Assembly (NCBI GenBank): GCA_964503265.1
Contig: CAZCYO010000001.1
Span: 162,064 to 226,063, forward strand
Origin: an uncultured Gammaproteobacteria bacterium
Lineage (GTDB): Bacteria > Patescibacteriota > Microgenomatia > Levybacterales > UBA12049
Reading direction: 5' to 3'
DNA: 64,000 bases
Below, piece by piece: positions 55,068 to 64,000 of the stretch. Position 1 is the stretch's first letter, and every line of letters starts with the position of its first letter. A program made the translations under genes and the position numbers. The notes beneath the pieces were generated by a model. It made no database searches. It was given only the letters and a program-made list of their open reading frames with translations, and was not told the DNA's origin.

Positions 55068-56404
55068 ATATACTAATTGTTTTGCTTGGAATATGTTTTT
55101 TATCTTTACTTGGATATATTATTATCCGAGGCCTTGACTTGTTGCCACCTGGTAACACGTTGTTAAGTCTTGGGATATCTTATGGATTAGGGGTAGGACT
55201 TGTTGCTTTACAACTTTATTGTTATTCGAGAGTTAATATTGCTTGGAATAGAGAGTTTATTTTAGTTCCTTGGTTATTGATTTGTGGCTTTATCGTTGTT
55301 TTACATAAAAAAAGATTTACACTGTCTCGAATTCCACTCCCTAATTTATCGACTTTGGAAAAAGTATTATGTGTAGGTATTGTGTTAACTGTTTTGTATG
55401 TATTTTTTGAAGTACTCCTTCGTCCTGTTGGCGTATGGGACGCATGGGCGACGTGGATTTTTGAATCAAAAGTATTTTTTATCGATGGGAAAATAACAGA
55501 AATTGCACTTCATTCTTTGCCAGTATTTTACCCACTTATTTTTAACTTACTTAACACATATATATTTATTCTTCTTGGGAAAGTAGATGATACAGCGGTG
55601 CTTCTTGTATCATTCGCATTTTATGTATTTATTGGTGTAACATTTTTTGCTGTTCTTTATAAAAAATATGGAATACGATACGCATTATTTTTTACACTAT
55701 TATTTATTTCAACACAAAACCTTATCCGTCACGGTGGGAGAATTGAAGTGGGAATTGCAGATTTACCACTTGGATATTACTTTTTCATATCAGTTGTTTT
55801 ACTTTTTGAATATATACAAAAAAACACAGCAAAACTCTTTGGATTATTAGCTCTTTTCTTGGGATTTACTGGGTTAATTAAAAATGAAGGTCTTCCTTTT
55901 GTTATTGTTATTGGTTGTATTGTTTTCTATTTTATTCTTAAAACGAAAACATATTCACATATAACGTATTTACTAATTCCTTTTATCTTACTTATGGATT
56001 GGCAACTTTTTAAGAAAATACATGGATTGGATAAATTATATTTCGCAGGACATGTCTTAGAATTTTCAATTGAGAAAACGAAGAATTCTTTTTTGGGTGT
56101 ATTTCATGAATTATTAAATGTAAAAAGTTGGAACATGTTATGGATTATTTATTTTTATTCGTTGAGTCTATTGCGTATTAAAATCAAAGAATCGGTTATA
56201 CTTTTTATTATTATTTTTTTTCAATTAAGTTTATATCTTCTCTTGTACATTTTTACAGCCGATAACAATCCTGAAAGTTCGATTGAGCGTCTCCTTATTC
56301 ATATTGCCCCACTAGCATGTCTTTCTATCACGTATACATTTGTACAACTGTTTAACTCTTCATGGCTGAGTAGATTACTACATATTAAAAATAACAAAAA
56401 ATAG
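55064..56404 (+). CDS. polytopic membrane protein (GT-C-like / O-antigen-polymerase-like)
   Basis: ~12 TM segments; glycan locus context. Confidence 0.45.
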   Translation: MNILIVLLGICFLSLLGYIIIRGLDLLPPGNTLLSLGISYGLGVGLVALQLYCYSRVNIAWNREFILVPWLLICGFIVVLHKKRFTLSRIPLPNLSTLEKVLCVGIVLTVLYVFFEVLLRPVGVWDAWATWIFESKVFFIDGKITEIALHSLPVFYPLIFNLLNTYIFILLGKVDDTAVLLVSFAFYVFIGVTFFAVLYKKYGIRYALFFTLLFISTQNLIRHGGRIEVGIADLPLGYYFFISVVLLFEYIQKNTAKLFGLLALFLGFTGLIKNEGLPFVIVIGCIVFYFILKTKTYSHITYLLIPFILLMDWQLFKKIHGLDKLYFAGHVLEFSIEKTKNSFLGVFHELLNVKSWNMLWIIYFYSLSLLRIKIKESVILFIIIFFQLSLYLLLYIFTADNNPESSIERLLIHIAPLACLSITYTFVQLFNSSWLSRLLHIKNNKK

Positions 56405-56445
56405 AAGTAGAATTTGTATGGTATACTGTCTGAATTATTCGTATT

Positions 56446-57504
56446 ATGAAATCTGATTTCGCTAAAAGTATCAAAGGGAAAGTAATATTAATTACAGGTG
56501 GGACCGGATCATTCGGTAATACTGTTGTAGAAAAACTTCTTACATATAGTCCAAAAAAAATAATTGTGTTTAGTAGAGATGAAAAGAAACAATTTGATAT
56601 GCGCAATAAATTTGATAATCCTCTTATAAAATTTATTATTGGTGATGTGCGTGATTTTGAAAGTGTTAATAGTGTTATGGAGAATGTTGATTATGTTTTT
56701 CATGCCGCAGCGCTTAAACAAGTTCCTACCTGTGAATTTTTTCCGATGGAAGCAGTTAAAACCAATGTGCTTGGTGCACAAAACGTGCTTACCGCAGCAC
56801 GAAAACATAACGTAAAACGAGTTGTTGTACTTAGTACTGACAAAGCTGTATATCCGATTAACGTCATAGGACTTTCTAAAGCAATGATGGAAAAATTAAT
56901 GATTTCAGAAGCAAGGAATTGTGTCGAAGACGGAAAGAAAAAAACTGTTTTTTGTGGGGTACGGTACGGAAATGTTTTATATACTAGAGGATCTGTCCTG
57001 CCTTACTTTGTTACTTTAATGAAGCAATATAAAAAAATTTCTGTAACTCATCCAGATATGACTCGTTTTCTTCTTCCACTCCCTGAGGCGATTGATTTGG
57101 TGTTATATGCACTAGTTAATGGTGAAAGTGGTCATATTTATGTGAGAAAGTCTCCTGCTGCAACGCTTAGTATTTTGGCTGAAGCAATGTGTACTCTCTT
57201 TTCATACGACGTTGGGGTTACGACAGTAGGTATACGTGCTGGGGAAAAAATGCACGAAACCTTATTAACGCAAGAAGAATTTACTAGAGCAGAAAGTAAT
57301 GGGCTTTATTATAAAATCCCTCCTGAAAGCCAGGGGTTGGACTATAATAAATATTTCTTTAAAGATAAAAAGAATGTGAAAGAGAAGGTTGAATCTTATA
57401 CATCCGAAAATACAAAAAGATTAACATTGATTCAAACAATTACTCTATTAAAATCATTGCCAGAAATAAAAGAAGCCCTAAGTGAATTCAAGTCTTCTAA
57501 TTAA
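56446..57504 (+). CDS. UDP-GlcNAc 4,6-dehydratase / CapD-PseB-family NDP-sugar epimerase-dehydratase
   Basis: Rossmann ILITGGTGSFGNTVVEKLL and Polysacc_synt_2 motifs YGAALKQVP..., TDKAVYPINVIGLSKAMMEKL. Confidence 0.8.
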   Translation: MKSDFAKSIKGKVILITGGTGSFGNTVVEKLLTYSPKKIIVFSRDEKKQFDMRNKFDNPLIKFIIGDVRDFESVNSVMENVDYVFHAAALKQVPTCEFFPMEAVKTNVLGAQNVLTAARKHNVKRVVVLSTDKAVYPINVIGLSKAMMEKLMISEARNCVEDGKKKTVFCGVRYGNVLYTRGSVLPYFVTLMKQYKKISVTHPDMTRFLLPLPEAIDLVLYALVNGESGHIYVRKSPAATLSILAEAMCTLFSYDVGVTTVGIRAGEKMHETLLTQEEFTRAESNGLYYKIPPESQGLDYNKYFFKDKKNVKEKVESYTSENTKRLTLIQTITLLKSLPEIKEALSEFKSSN

Positions 57505-58249
57505 TGAAAAAAGATTTAAAAGCATATTTGAAATAATCATAAAAAATGCTTGGTTTATAAATGAAATGAGATTGAGAATTTTCCCTTGCAGTTAGGATAT
57601 ATGGAATTTCTTTAAATGTAGCTTTTCTTTTTTTCAAATAATACAATTCTTCAAGAATAATAGAAAAATTATTTTCTTCAAAAGTTATTCCTTTTAGTTT
57701 TTCAAGTTTCACCATTCTAAACCCATTGGTACAATCGTTTATTCCGACACGAAAAAGCGCTCTTGCTAAGTAATTTCCGATTATCGAGATAGTTTTTCGA
57801 TAAGGTGGTACTCCTATTACTTTAGAGCCTTTACAGTAACGAGATGCTTTAACACAATCAAATCCTTGTGGAATTATTTTTATAAATTTTGGTATATCTT
57901 TCGGATCATTTGTCAGATCAGAATCCATGTGAAGACAGTATGTAATCTTATTTTTTAATGCATAGTGTATGCCAGTTTGTAGTGCTCCTCCATATCCTTT
58001 ATTTTTTTTATGTGTAATTACTTCAAGGAGTGGATATTTCTTCTGCATTTTTTTGAGCATAAATCCAGTTCTATCAGTGCTCCCATCGTTTATTACAAGT
58101 AACATTATTCTTTGTGGTAATTTTTTGATCACACCCATAATCGTAGTAATGCATTTCTCAGCAACGGCTTCTTCGTTAAACATGGGAATAATAATGCAAA
58201 GGGGATAGTTATTCAATTTCGATACCATCTTCCATAAAAGAACGGGCAA
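57497..58249 (-). CDS. GT2 polyprenyl-phosphate sugar synthase-like glycosyltransferase (DPM1/ArnC-like)
   Basis: LCIIIPMFNEE...LLVINDGSTDRT...MDSDL. Confidence 0.8.
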   Translation of the reverse strand: MPVLLWKMVSKLNNYPLCIIIPMFNEEAVAEKCITTIMGVIKKLPQRIMLLVINDGSTDRTGFMLKKMQKKYPLLEVITHKKNKGYGGALQTGIHYALKNKITYCLHMDSDLTNDPKDIPKFIKIIPQGFDCVKASRYCKGSKVIGVPPYRKTISIIGNYLARALFRVGINDCTNGFRMVKLEKLKGITFEENNFSIILEELYYLKKRKATFKEIPYILTARENSQSHFIYKPSIFYDYFKYAFKSFFIN

Positions 58250-59402
58250 TAGGTAAATGATTATTTTCTGGTAAAAAGCCTCTAATGTTTCCTGATCGTA
58301 ATCTTTCGATCATGTCGTTGGCAATTCTTTCAGATGCTTTTCCATCACCAAGTGTTTGTGTCCATTTCGTGCCAGTGATTTTTGCTAGCTTTTTATATAC
58401 AATTTCTGGAGTGTATTTTTCTGGTTGATCAGGATCGAATTTTACACATGACTTTACATCATATACTTGTGGTCGTTCGGTTGCTTTTCTAATATTAATA
58501 CAAGGAATGTTAAGAACACATGCTTCTTCGTTAAGAGTTCCTGAATCTGTCAGCACTGCTTTTGCATGTGTCATAAGAATAAGTATTTCTTCATATCCTA
58601 CTGGATCAACAATAATAAGATTTTTAGGTACTACTATCTGCCAGTCTTTTAATGCTTTTTGCGTGCGATAACTTGCTGGAAAGTAAACAGGATGTTCAGC
58701 TTTTGAAACTAAATTCATAATTTCATATAATGCTTTTTTAATCATGACGTTTTCTCGTCTGTGGCAAGTCATCACATAATAATTTCCATCTTTAATTCCA
58801 CGAGAGGTAAAAAAATCGTCAGTAGCCATGCGTTCAAGTTTCTCTTTTTGTTTGAAGTAAAAGTTGTTTAGAATATCAACGACAGGATTTCCGACAACTA
58901 CGATATTTTTAGGATTTAATCCTTCTGCAACTCCACGTTCTTTATATTCATCTGCATATGTATAAATGACATCTGAAAGATGATCGGTAAGTGTTCGATA
59001 TTTTTCCTCTGGCATACGCCAATCGTATGAATGCCAGCATCCTTCTATATGGATGATTGGAATATTTAATTGAGCAGCTGCGATACATCCCATGCAGGTG
59101 TTTGTATCTCCGAGTACGACGACGGCATCAGGCTGCATTTCTTCAAGGACGGGATATATTTGAGAGATAAGTTTAGATGTAACTTCTGCATCTGTATTTC
59201 CTTTACAATCAAGAGTGATATCTGGTTCACGGACATTAAATTCTTTAAAAAAGATATCTTTTAAATTATATGAATAGTTTTGCCCAGACCAAATGAAAAC
59301 TACTTCAATATCTTCTGCTTTTTCTAAATATTGCATGATGAGAACTGCACGAATCAAATCTGGTCTAATACCTAAAATAAATGCTAATTTCTTCTTCTTC
59401 AT
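58209..59402 (-). CDS. UDP-N-acetylglucosamine 2-epimerase (WecB/NeuC family)
   Basis: N-terminal ILGIRPDLIR, central VLGDTNTCMGCIAAAQLNIPIIHIEG. Confidence 0.8.
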   Translation of the reverse strand: MKKKKLAFILGIRPDLIRAVLIMQYLEKAEDIEVVFIWSGQNYSYNLKDIFFKEFNVREPDITLDCKGNTDAEVTSKLISQIYPVLEEMQPDAVVVLGDTNTCMGCIAAAQLNIPIIHIEGCWHSYDWRMPEEKYRTLTDHLSDVIYTYADEYKERGVAEGLNPKNIVVVGNPVVDILNNFYFKQKEKLERMATDDFFTSRGIKDGNYYVMTCHRRENVMIKKALYEIMNLVSKAEHPVYFPASYRTQKALKDWQIVVPKNLIIVDPVGYEEILILMTHAKAVLTDSGTLNEEACVLNIPCINIRKATERPQVYDVKSCVKFDPDQPEKYTPEIVYKKLAKITGTKWTQTLGDGKASERIANDMIERLRSGNIRGFLPENNHLPIARSFMEDGIEIE

Positions 59403-59422
59403 GTGTGTATGATTATAGAGAA

Positions 59423-60289
59423 TTACTTTTCATTTTCAAATGCCAAAAGCCTAGAAAGCTCATGACTAAGTGAATTGCTCATCTTATCATAGGATAAAAC
59501 TGCAGGAAAATTAGTGTTAAGGATGCGTTTACTCGTCAGTGGTGAATGTGTCGCTTCAATTCTCTTATTAATTCCTTCAAGATCAATAAATGTTTTTAAA
59601 ATCTTATACTTTGTTATTTTTTTTAAAGGTTCGAAATGAAGAACAGGCGAGAGGGAGCGAATGTGTTGAAACGTAGTCTTATTTATAATAGATTCACATA
59701 ACATAGCAAATTGTAATGAGGTACATCCTGACCAATGATGGTTTATATAGCCTACAATGTGAGAATCAGAGATATTCCGTGCCCACTGGAGAAGCCCTCT
59801 GTTATGTATCGTATCAAGACCAAGAAATGAGCTGCGAATTGTTATAGCATTTTTTGTAGTAGTTTCTCCGAGTAGTTTACTAGCACCATAATATGAATCA
59901 GGTGAGGGGAGTGTGTCTTCATACACTTCTGATGTTTTTCTAGAAAAAACAGCATCAGTTGAAACATGAAATAAGTGAAATGAATATTCTTTTGCTAATT
60001 TTTCAAGCTGATGTGGGAAAAGAGCATTTACTTCGATTAATTCTATTCGATTTTCTTCTGTTACCTTTCCAATACAATTAATAACATAGTCGATATTTCC
60101 TTTATCAGCGATAATTTTTTTAAAATCTTCTGTAAGACTTGAAACTGAAAAAGATAAAAACGGAAAAATACCTTTTCTTGTAGTACCAAAGACTAGTGGA
60201 CCAAATTGTTTATGTAGGTATTTATATACAGTTTGTCCGAGCATTCCTTCAGCCCCAAGAACTAGGATCACAGGTGTTCTTTTTTTCAT
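59423..60289 (-). CDS. RmlD-like SDR-family NDP-sugar reductase/epimerase
   Basis: Rossmann ILVLGAEGMLGQTVYKYL; YxxxK (YGASK). Confidence 0.65.
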   Translation of the reverse strand: MKKRTPVILVLGAEGMLGQTVYKYLHKQFGPLVFGTTRKGIFPFLSFSVSSLTEDFKKIIADKGNIDYVINCIGKVTEENRIELIEVNALFPHQLEKLAKEYSFHLFHVSTDAVFSRKTSEVYEDTLPSPDSYYGASKLLGETTTKNAITIRSSFLGLDTIHNRGLLQWARNISDSHIVGYINHHWSGCTSLQFAMLCESIINKTTFQHIRSLSPVLHFEPLKKITKYKILKTFIDLEGINKRIEATHSPLTSKRILNTNFPAVLSYDKMSNSLSHELSRLLAFENEK

Positions 60290-61608
60290 GGTACTATTTG
60301 CACGGTTGGGAGAGGTGTTATAAATTTACCCCCTCCTTTGATATATTCTGCGTTTCTTTTGTTGATTTCATCGACAAATGACCAGGCAAAAAGAACTGCA
60401 AAATCAGTCATAGGATCTGTCATGAGTGAGGATGATGGTTTTATTTCTAAATGTGTTCCTGGAGTGAATGCACCTTGTTTCGCCGGTGCGTCGTCTACCA
60501 CATAATCAAGGAGAGTATTATCGAGTCCACAATAGTTCATAATAACTGTTCCTCTTCCTGACGCACCGTATCCAACTATTTTTTTATTGTGATATTTCAG
60601 TTCATGGAGAAGTGAAAGCAAATTTTCTTTCACAATTTGTAATTTATTATTAAAAGAGAGATATGTTTCAAGTTTATCAAGTTGTTGCTCTTTTTCTTGC
60701 TTTACTAGTTTTTCCACATTTTTTGAAATAGGATGTTTGCTGCTTTTTTTCCTCTTCACGTAGTATCTCATCGATCCTGCATGGATTGAAATTGGTTTTA
60801 CATCATATACTTCTAAATCAAATTTTTTAAAAAATAGTATTAGTGTCATCAGAGAATAATAATACTGATGCTCATGGTAGATCATATCGTACTGCATCTC
60901 TTTGAGGAGTGTTCCTAGGTAGTGCGTTTCCATGATAAGAATTCCATCATCACTTAGGAGTGTTGTTATTCCCTTAAAAACATCATGCATGTCTTCGATA
61001 TGTGCGAGTACATTAAAGCTACAAATAACATCAGCTTGTCCGTGTGTTTTTTTTATGTTTTTTGCCACATTCTCTGTAAAATAGTTGTTTATTATTGGCA
61101 ACCCTTTTTTAATGAGGGGTTTAACTATATTATCTGCTGGATCGACGCCTAAAGCCTGAACGTTATTATTAGATAGCTCCTCAATAAGTGTTCCATCATT
61201 ACAACCAATTTCTACTATAAAAGGAGAGCGAGAATCTTTTGTTTCTGTGAGTATTTCTTCAGTTACTTCGTGGAAATGGTTCGTTAACGTTTTTATGGAT
61301 GAAGAATGGTAGAAGTAATCTTTAAAAAGAACATCTTTATCAACCACGTTTACTGATTGTAATAAATAACAATTCTGACAAAAAGAAATTTCAAGTGGAT
61401 AAAATTTTTCACTGTCTATATTATTCAACGTAGTGAGAAACCCTCCTGCAAGTGGCATATCTCCCAGGTTGATACATGGTTTTATATTACTACTCAAACA
61501 AAATCTGCACGTTGTGTAGTGAGTAAATGTTCCAATTAATTTAGTAGGGTGAAGCTGTGACATTACTATTTTTGTACCTGGTATACTATATCGGATGACT
61601 CCTAACAA
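60286..61608 (-). CDS. NDP-hexose C-methyltransferase-type enzyme (zinc-ribbon + class I SAM MTase + C-methyltransferase domain)
   Basis: N-terminal CRFC...C Zn-binding (Methyltransf_13-like), motif I VEIGCNDGTLIEEL, C-terminal domain typical of sugar C3-MTases. Confidence 0.65.
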   Translation of the reverse strand: MLGVIRYSIPGTKIVMSQLHPTKLIGTFTHYTTCRFCLSSNIKPCINLGDMPLAGGFLTTLNNIDSEKFYPLEISFCQNCYLLQSVNVVDKDVLFKDYFYHSSSIKTLTNHFHEVTEEILTETKDSRSPFIVEIGCNDGTLIEELSNNNVQALGVDPADNIVKPLIKKGLPIINNYFTENVAKNIKKTHGQADVICSFNVLAHIEDMHDVFKGITTLLSDDGILIMETHYLGTLLKEMQYDMIYHEHQYYYSLMTLILFFKKFDLEVYDVKPISIHAGSMRYYVKRKKSSKHPISKNVEKLVKQEKEQQLDKLETYLSFNNKLQIVKENLLSLLHELKYHNKKIVGYGASGRGTVIMNYCGLDNTLLDYVVDDAPAKQGAFTPGTHLEIKPSSSLMTDPMTDFAVLFAWSFVDEINKRNAEYIKGGGKFITPLPTVQIVP

Positions 61609-62004
61609 ATCAACAAACGAGAAATTTAGTATATATTGTGGTGTTTTAAGCTTTTTTACTATTGCTGTGAGTATTTTTTCTCAAGGACGAACTAGTAATA
61701 TACTTTTACTTTTGTTGCTATTCTTTTCTATTTTTCCATTTCTTTATTATATTTATCAAACACAAAAAAGATTTTTATTTCTTTTCATGATTTATTACTT
61801 CCTGATAGGAAGTATATTTTTGTTGTCATTTAGATTATTGCGAGACATACTGATATTCCCGGAAATTGGTCAGCACAAAATCGTTGGATATGTTCAGTAT
61901 TTTGGATATCCACTTTATCTCGACCTTGGTGTTTTTCTGCTTTTTATTATTTCTCCGTTTGGTCTTTTATTACTTTCTAGAAGATATAACAAGAATCACG
62001 AGTC

Positions 62005-63984
62005 ATGAAATTATCTTATTTCAAAAAAAAACAGCTGAGTTTTATAGAATGTATCGCGTTGTTGGGTGTAGTACTTATCAGCACGTATGGGGCGATTATG
62101 ATGTTTTGCCCAAGTTACTCTAATTTTACTTTTGATACCCAAGCAATTCTTTTGTGGGATTATGCGGCGAGCATAAATCTAGTTCCGTTTCGAGATATTT
62201 TTTATCCTTACGGTTTATTATATTATTTCAAAAATCAACATTTCATTTTTTCAATTCTTTATATACTGCTTCCTTCTATTTTATTCACACTGATATTTTA
62301 TACAAATAAAAAAATATGGAATGATAAATGGTTACATATTCTCTCTTTTATTTTTTTCTTTCTTTTTATAGAGAGTGTAACAGGGATAGACTCTTTTTCT
62401 AGATATGGAGTACTGGTCGTCATTGCTTGTATATTTGCAAATATTCTCTTTTCTTATAAAAAAAATCTTTCACTAAAAAAACTTCTTTTCATCGGTATTT
62501 CTCTTGGATTGCTATTTCCTTTACTCATTGACCAAGCATTATATGCAATCTTACTTTTTGTATTGCTATCATTCTGCGATAAATTAATCAGAAAAACAAT
62601 TCGTGACTATATTCTTTTTACCAAAGAAATACTAATTTTTGTCATAGGAGTTTTCTTTGGAAGTATTCCGTTTCTTTTTTATCTGTGGGTGACTCAATCG
62701 TTGCAGTCATTTATTACCTATCTTCTTTACTTACCCCAGATATCACTTCTTGCGAAGACACCATTTATCCATTCTCTCAGAACTGCTGATAATATCTTCA
62801 CGCTTTTTATGTTACTTATAACGATTCTATATATATTTCATAAAATATTTTATATAAAGAAAAAACTAACGAGTATAAACTATATGCAAATTGCATTAAT
62901 AATGTCTTTGTGCCTCTTTGAGCTTAAAAATATTATTAGATCTATTGATACGTCCATTTCATTCGCCGCACTATTATTACTTTTTTGCTTACTTAGTGAA
63001 ATAAGAAGCTGTTTCATTGACTCTGCTATCTCTAAAAGAAATATAACTATCTATTATGGAAATATTTTTATTATTATATATGTACTCTTTACTCATTCGT
63101 CTATTTCTTCATTTCAATTATCCTCGCCAATTACCGTTATTAAAAACATCCAGGCTAATGCATGTATGACAAATAATGTTTCGTCATTTCTTGAGAAAAA
63201 TAGTGCATATGAACATGTGATTAAAAAACTTCCCGATGTGAAAGCAAAAATATTTAGTTATCCAGGTGATCCTATTTTTTATATTCTCATTCATCAAAAG
63301 CCTCCATACTTTCCTTCAATTTATGAAGCATCATCCTATGAATCTCAACAAAAGCAAATTGATTATATGAATGAGCAAAAAGTAAAATATGTTATTTACG
63401 ATCTCAAAGATGCTTCAATACAAGATGAAGTACCTGACCTTCTCAGAACACCACTACTTCATAAATTTATTATTTCTCATTTTTCTATTCGTACGAAAAT
63501 CGATAACTTTCTTCTTCTGGAAAGATCTACAGAAGATATATTTAATAGCTCGCAATTAAAAAATGCGCCAGAGTTAATACATATACTTACCAACCTTGAT
63601 TTTCAGAATATTCCAAGGAGCGAAGGATTTTATAAGGATACATCACTGTCGTTAATAGGTAACACACAACGTGTTGTCGTAAATACTCAACAAAAATTGA
63701 CCAATTATTTACAAGATCACCCGACAGACTCTGATAAAAAATTTCTCGTTATTTCATCAGATAATCAAAACAGTAAAGAACTAAAACTAACAGTAACGAC
63801 GACAGACGAATTGACTTCACAGCTTGTTTTTAAAAGCTGTACTAATGGAAGTGTATGTATCGTTGACCTTGCTCATATTCCTATCTTTTACAAAACAAGA
63901 AAAATAAAAAATATCATACTGGATCCATTTCCTGGGAATACCGTTTCTTTTTATCAAATGACAAATTTAGAGGCGCTTTGGTAA
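62005..63984 (+). CDS. large polytopic membrane protein with C-terminal soluble domain (putative GT-C / glycan polymerase-like)
   Basis: ~11 TM segments then ~280-aa hydrophilic tail; last gene of glycan locus. Confidence 0.45.
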   Translation: MKLSYFKKKQLSFIECIALLGVVLISTYGAIMMFCPSYSNFTFDTQAILLWDYAASINLVPFRDIFYPYGLLYYFKNQHFIFSILYILLPSILFTLIFYTNKKIWNDKWLHILSFIFFFLFIESVTGIDSFSRYGVLVVIACIFANILFSYKKNLSLKKLLFIGISLGLLFPLLIDQALYAILLFVLLSFCDKLIRKTIRDYILFTKEILIFVIGVFFGSIPFLFYLWVTQSLQSFITYLLYLPQISLLAKTPFIHSLRTADNIFTLFMLLITILYIFHKIFYIKKKLTSINYMQIALIMSLCLFELKNIIRSIDTSISFAALLLLFCLLSEIRSCFIDSAISKRNITIYYGNIFIIIYVLFTHSSISSFQLSSPITVIKNIQANACMTNNVSSFLEKNSAYEHVIKKLPDVKAKIFSYPGDPIFYILIHQKPPYFPSIYEASSYESQQKQIDYMNEQKVKYVIYDLKDASIQDEVPDLLRTPLLHKFIISHFSIRTKIDNFLLLERSTEDIFNSSQLKNAPELIHILTNLDFQNIPRSEGFYKDTSLSLIGNTQRVVVNTQQKLTNYLQDHPTDSDKKFLVISSDNQNSKELKLTVTTTDELTSQLVFKSCTNGSVCIVDLAHIPIFYKTRKIKNIILDPFPGNTVSFYQMTNLEALW

Positions 63985-64000
63985 TCTTATTTTTTTTCAG

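Noticed and set aside
61595-62008. 137-aa ORF 61595..62008 (+) as a gene
   Set aside because: Low-complexity hydrophobic translation of a T-rich spacer that overlaps the start of the minus-strand C-methyltransferase gene; no start signals; kept out of the feature list.
1-64000. CRISPR arrays, tRNA or rRNA genes
   Set aside because: No regularly spaced direct repeats with unique spacers, no cloverleaf-compatible GTTCRANYC-type T-arm sequences and no rRNA-like segments were found on either strand.

Overview
This 64 kb window comes from a low-GC (~36-38%) bacterial chromosome, and no rRNA, tRNA or CRISPR could be recognised. Native genes almost uniformly lack a Shine-Dalgarno sequence and have TATAAT-like hexamers (often extended TGnTATAAT) 6-12 nt upstream of the ATG, suggesting leaderless or short-leader mRNAs. 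That property, together with a eukaryote-like (type 2) IleRS, a polymerase-domain-only Pol I and a short FtsQ-like protein, points by inference to a reduced-genome Patescibacteria/CPR-like lineage.

Recognisable content, in order:
- 1-4.4 kb: a dcw cell-division cluster (ftsW C-terminus, murG, ftsQ-like, ftsA, ftsZ).
- 5.4-9.9 kb: a glycosylation/methylation cluster (FkbM MTase, GT-C ArnT/PMT-like, MTase, MTase-GT2 fusion).
- 10-19.9 kb: polA (polymerase domain only), a CorC/TlyC-family membrane protein, a YbaK-like deacylase, NUDIX hydrolases, a TadA-like deaminase, a YgjP-like hydrolase, a beta-CASP MBL RNase, an O-MTase and an FNR-like oxidoreductase.
- 19.9-34.3 kb: a sensor kinase, an EamA transporter, a frameshifted SGNH hydrolase, an ATPase-wHTH regulator, a GH18 hydrolase, large hypotheticals, an RsuA-type pseudouridine synthase and a tdh-kbl threonine-degradation pair.
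- 34.4-36.0 kb: a processive cellulose-synthase-like GT2.
- 41.1-48.2 kb: ileS, rodA, rplU, rpmA, parB and lepB.
- 49-64 kb: a large sugar-nucleotide/glycosyltransferase locus (GT2s, GT4, PseB/CapD-like, WecB-like, RmlD-like, sugar C-MTase, several GT-C-like polytopic membrane proteins, a secreted C39-like peptidase).

The most unusual content is a 5.1 kb higher-GC island (36.0-41.1 kb) between the GT2 gene and ileS. It holds five tandem, mutually homologous expression modules. Each has a T-tract plus extended -10 promoter, a long leader carrying a conserved TCGCACGTTTACA box, strong SD sites (absent from native genes), small paralogous ORFs and a covarying GCACC...GGTGC closing stem with a U-tract. 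The ORFs typically pair a soluble ~100-aa protein carrying an LTF motif with a ~50-100-aa two-TM mini-protein. A sixth module sits on the opposite strand at 48.2-49.1 kb.

Independently, a short MITE/RPE-like repeat family is scattered through the window. It has TGTCATCC/GGATGACA termini and tcccga-N-tcggga hairpins. One ~77 bp copy lies in-frame inside the essential ileS gene.
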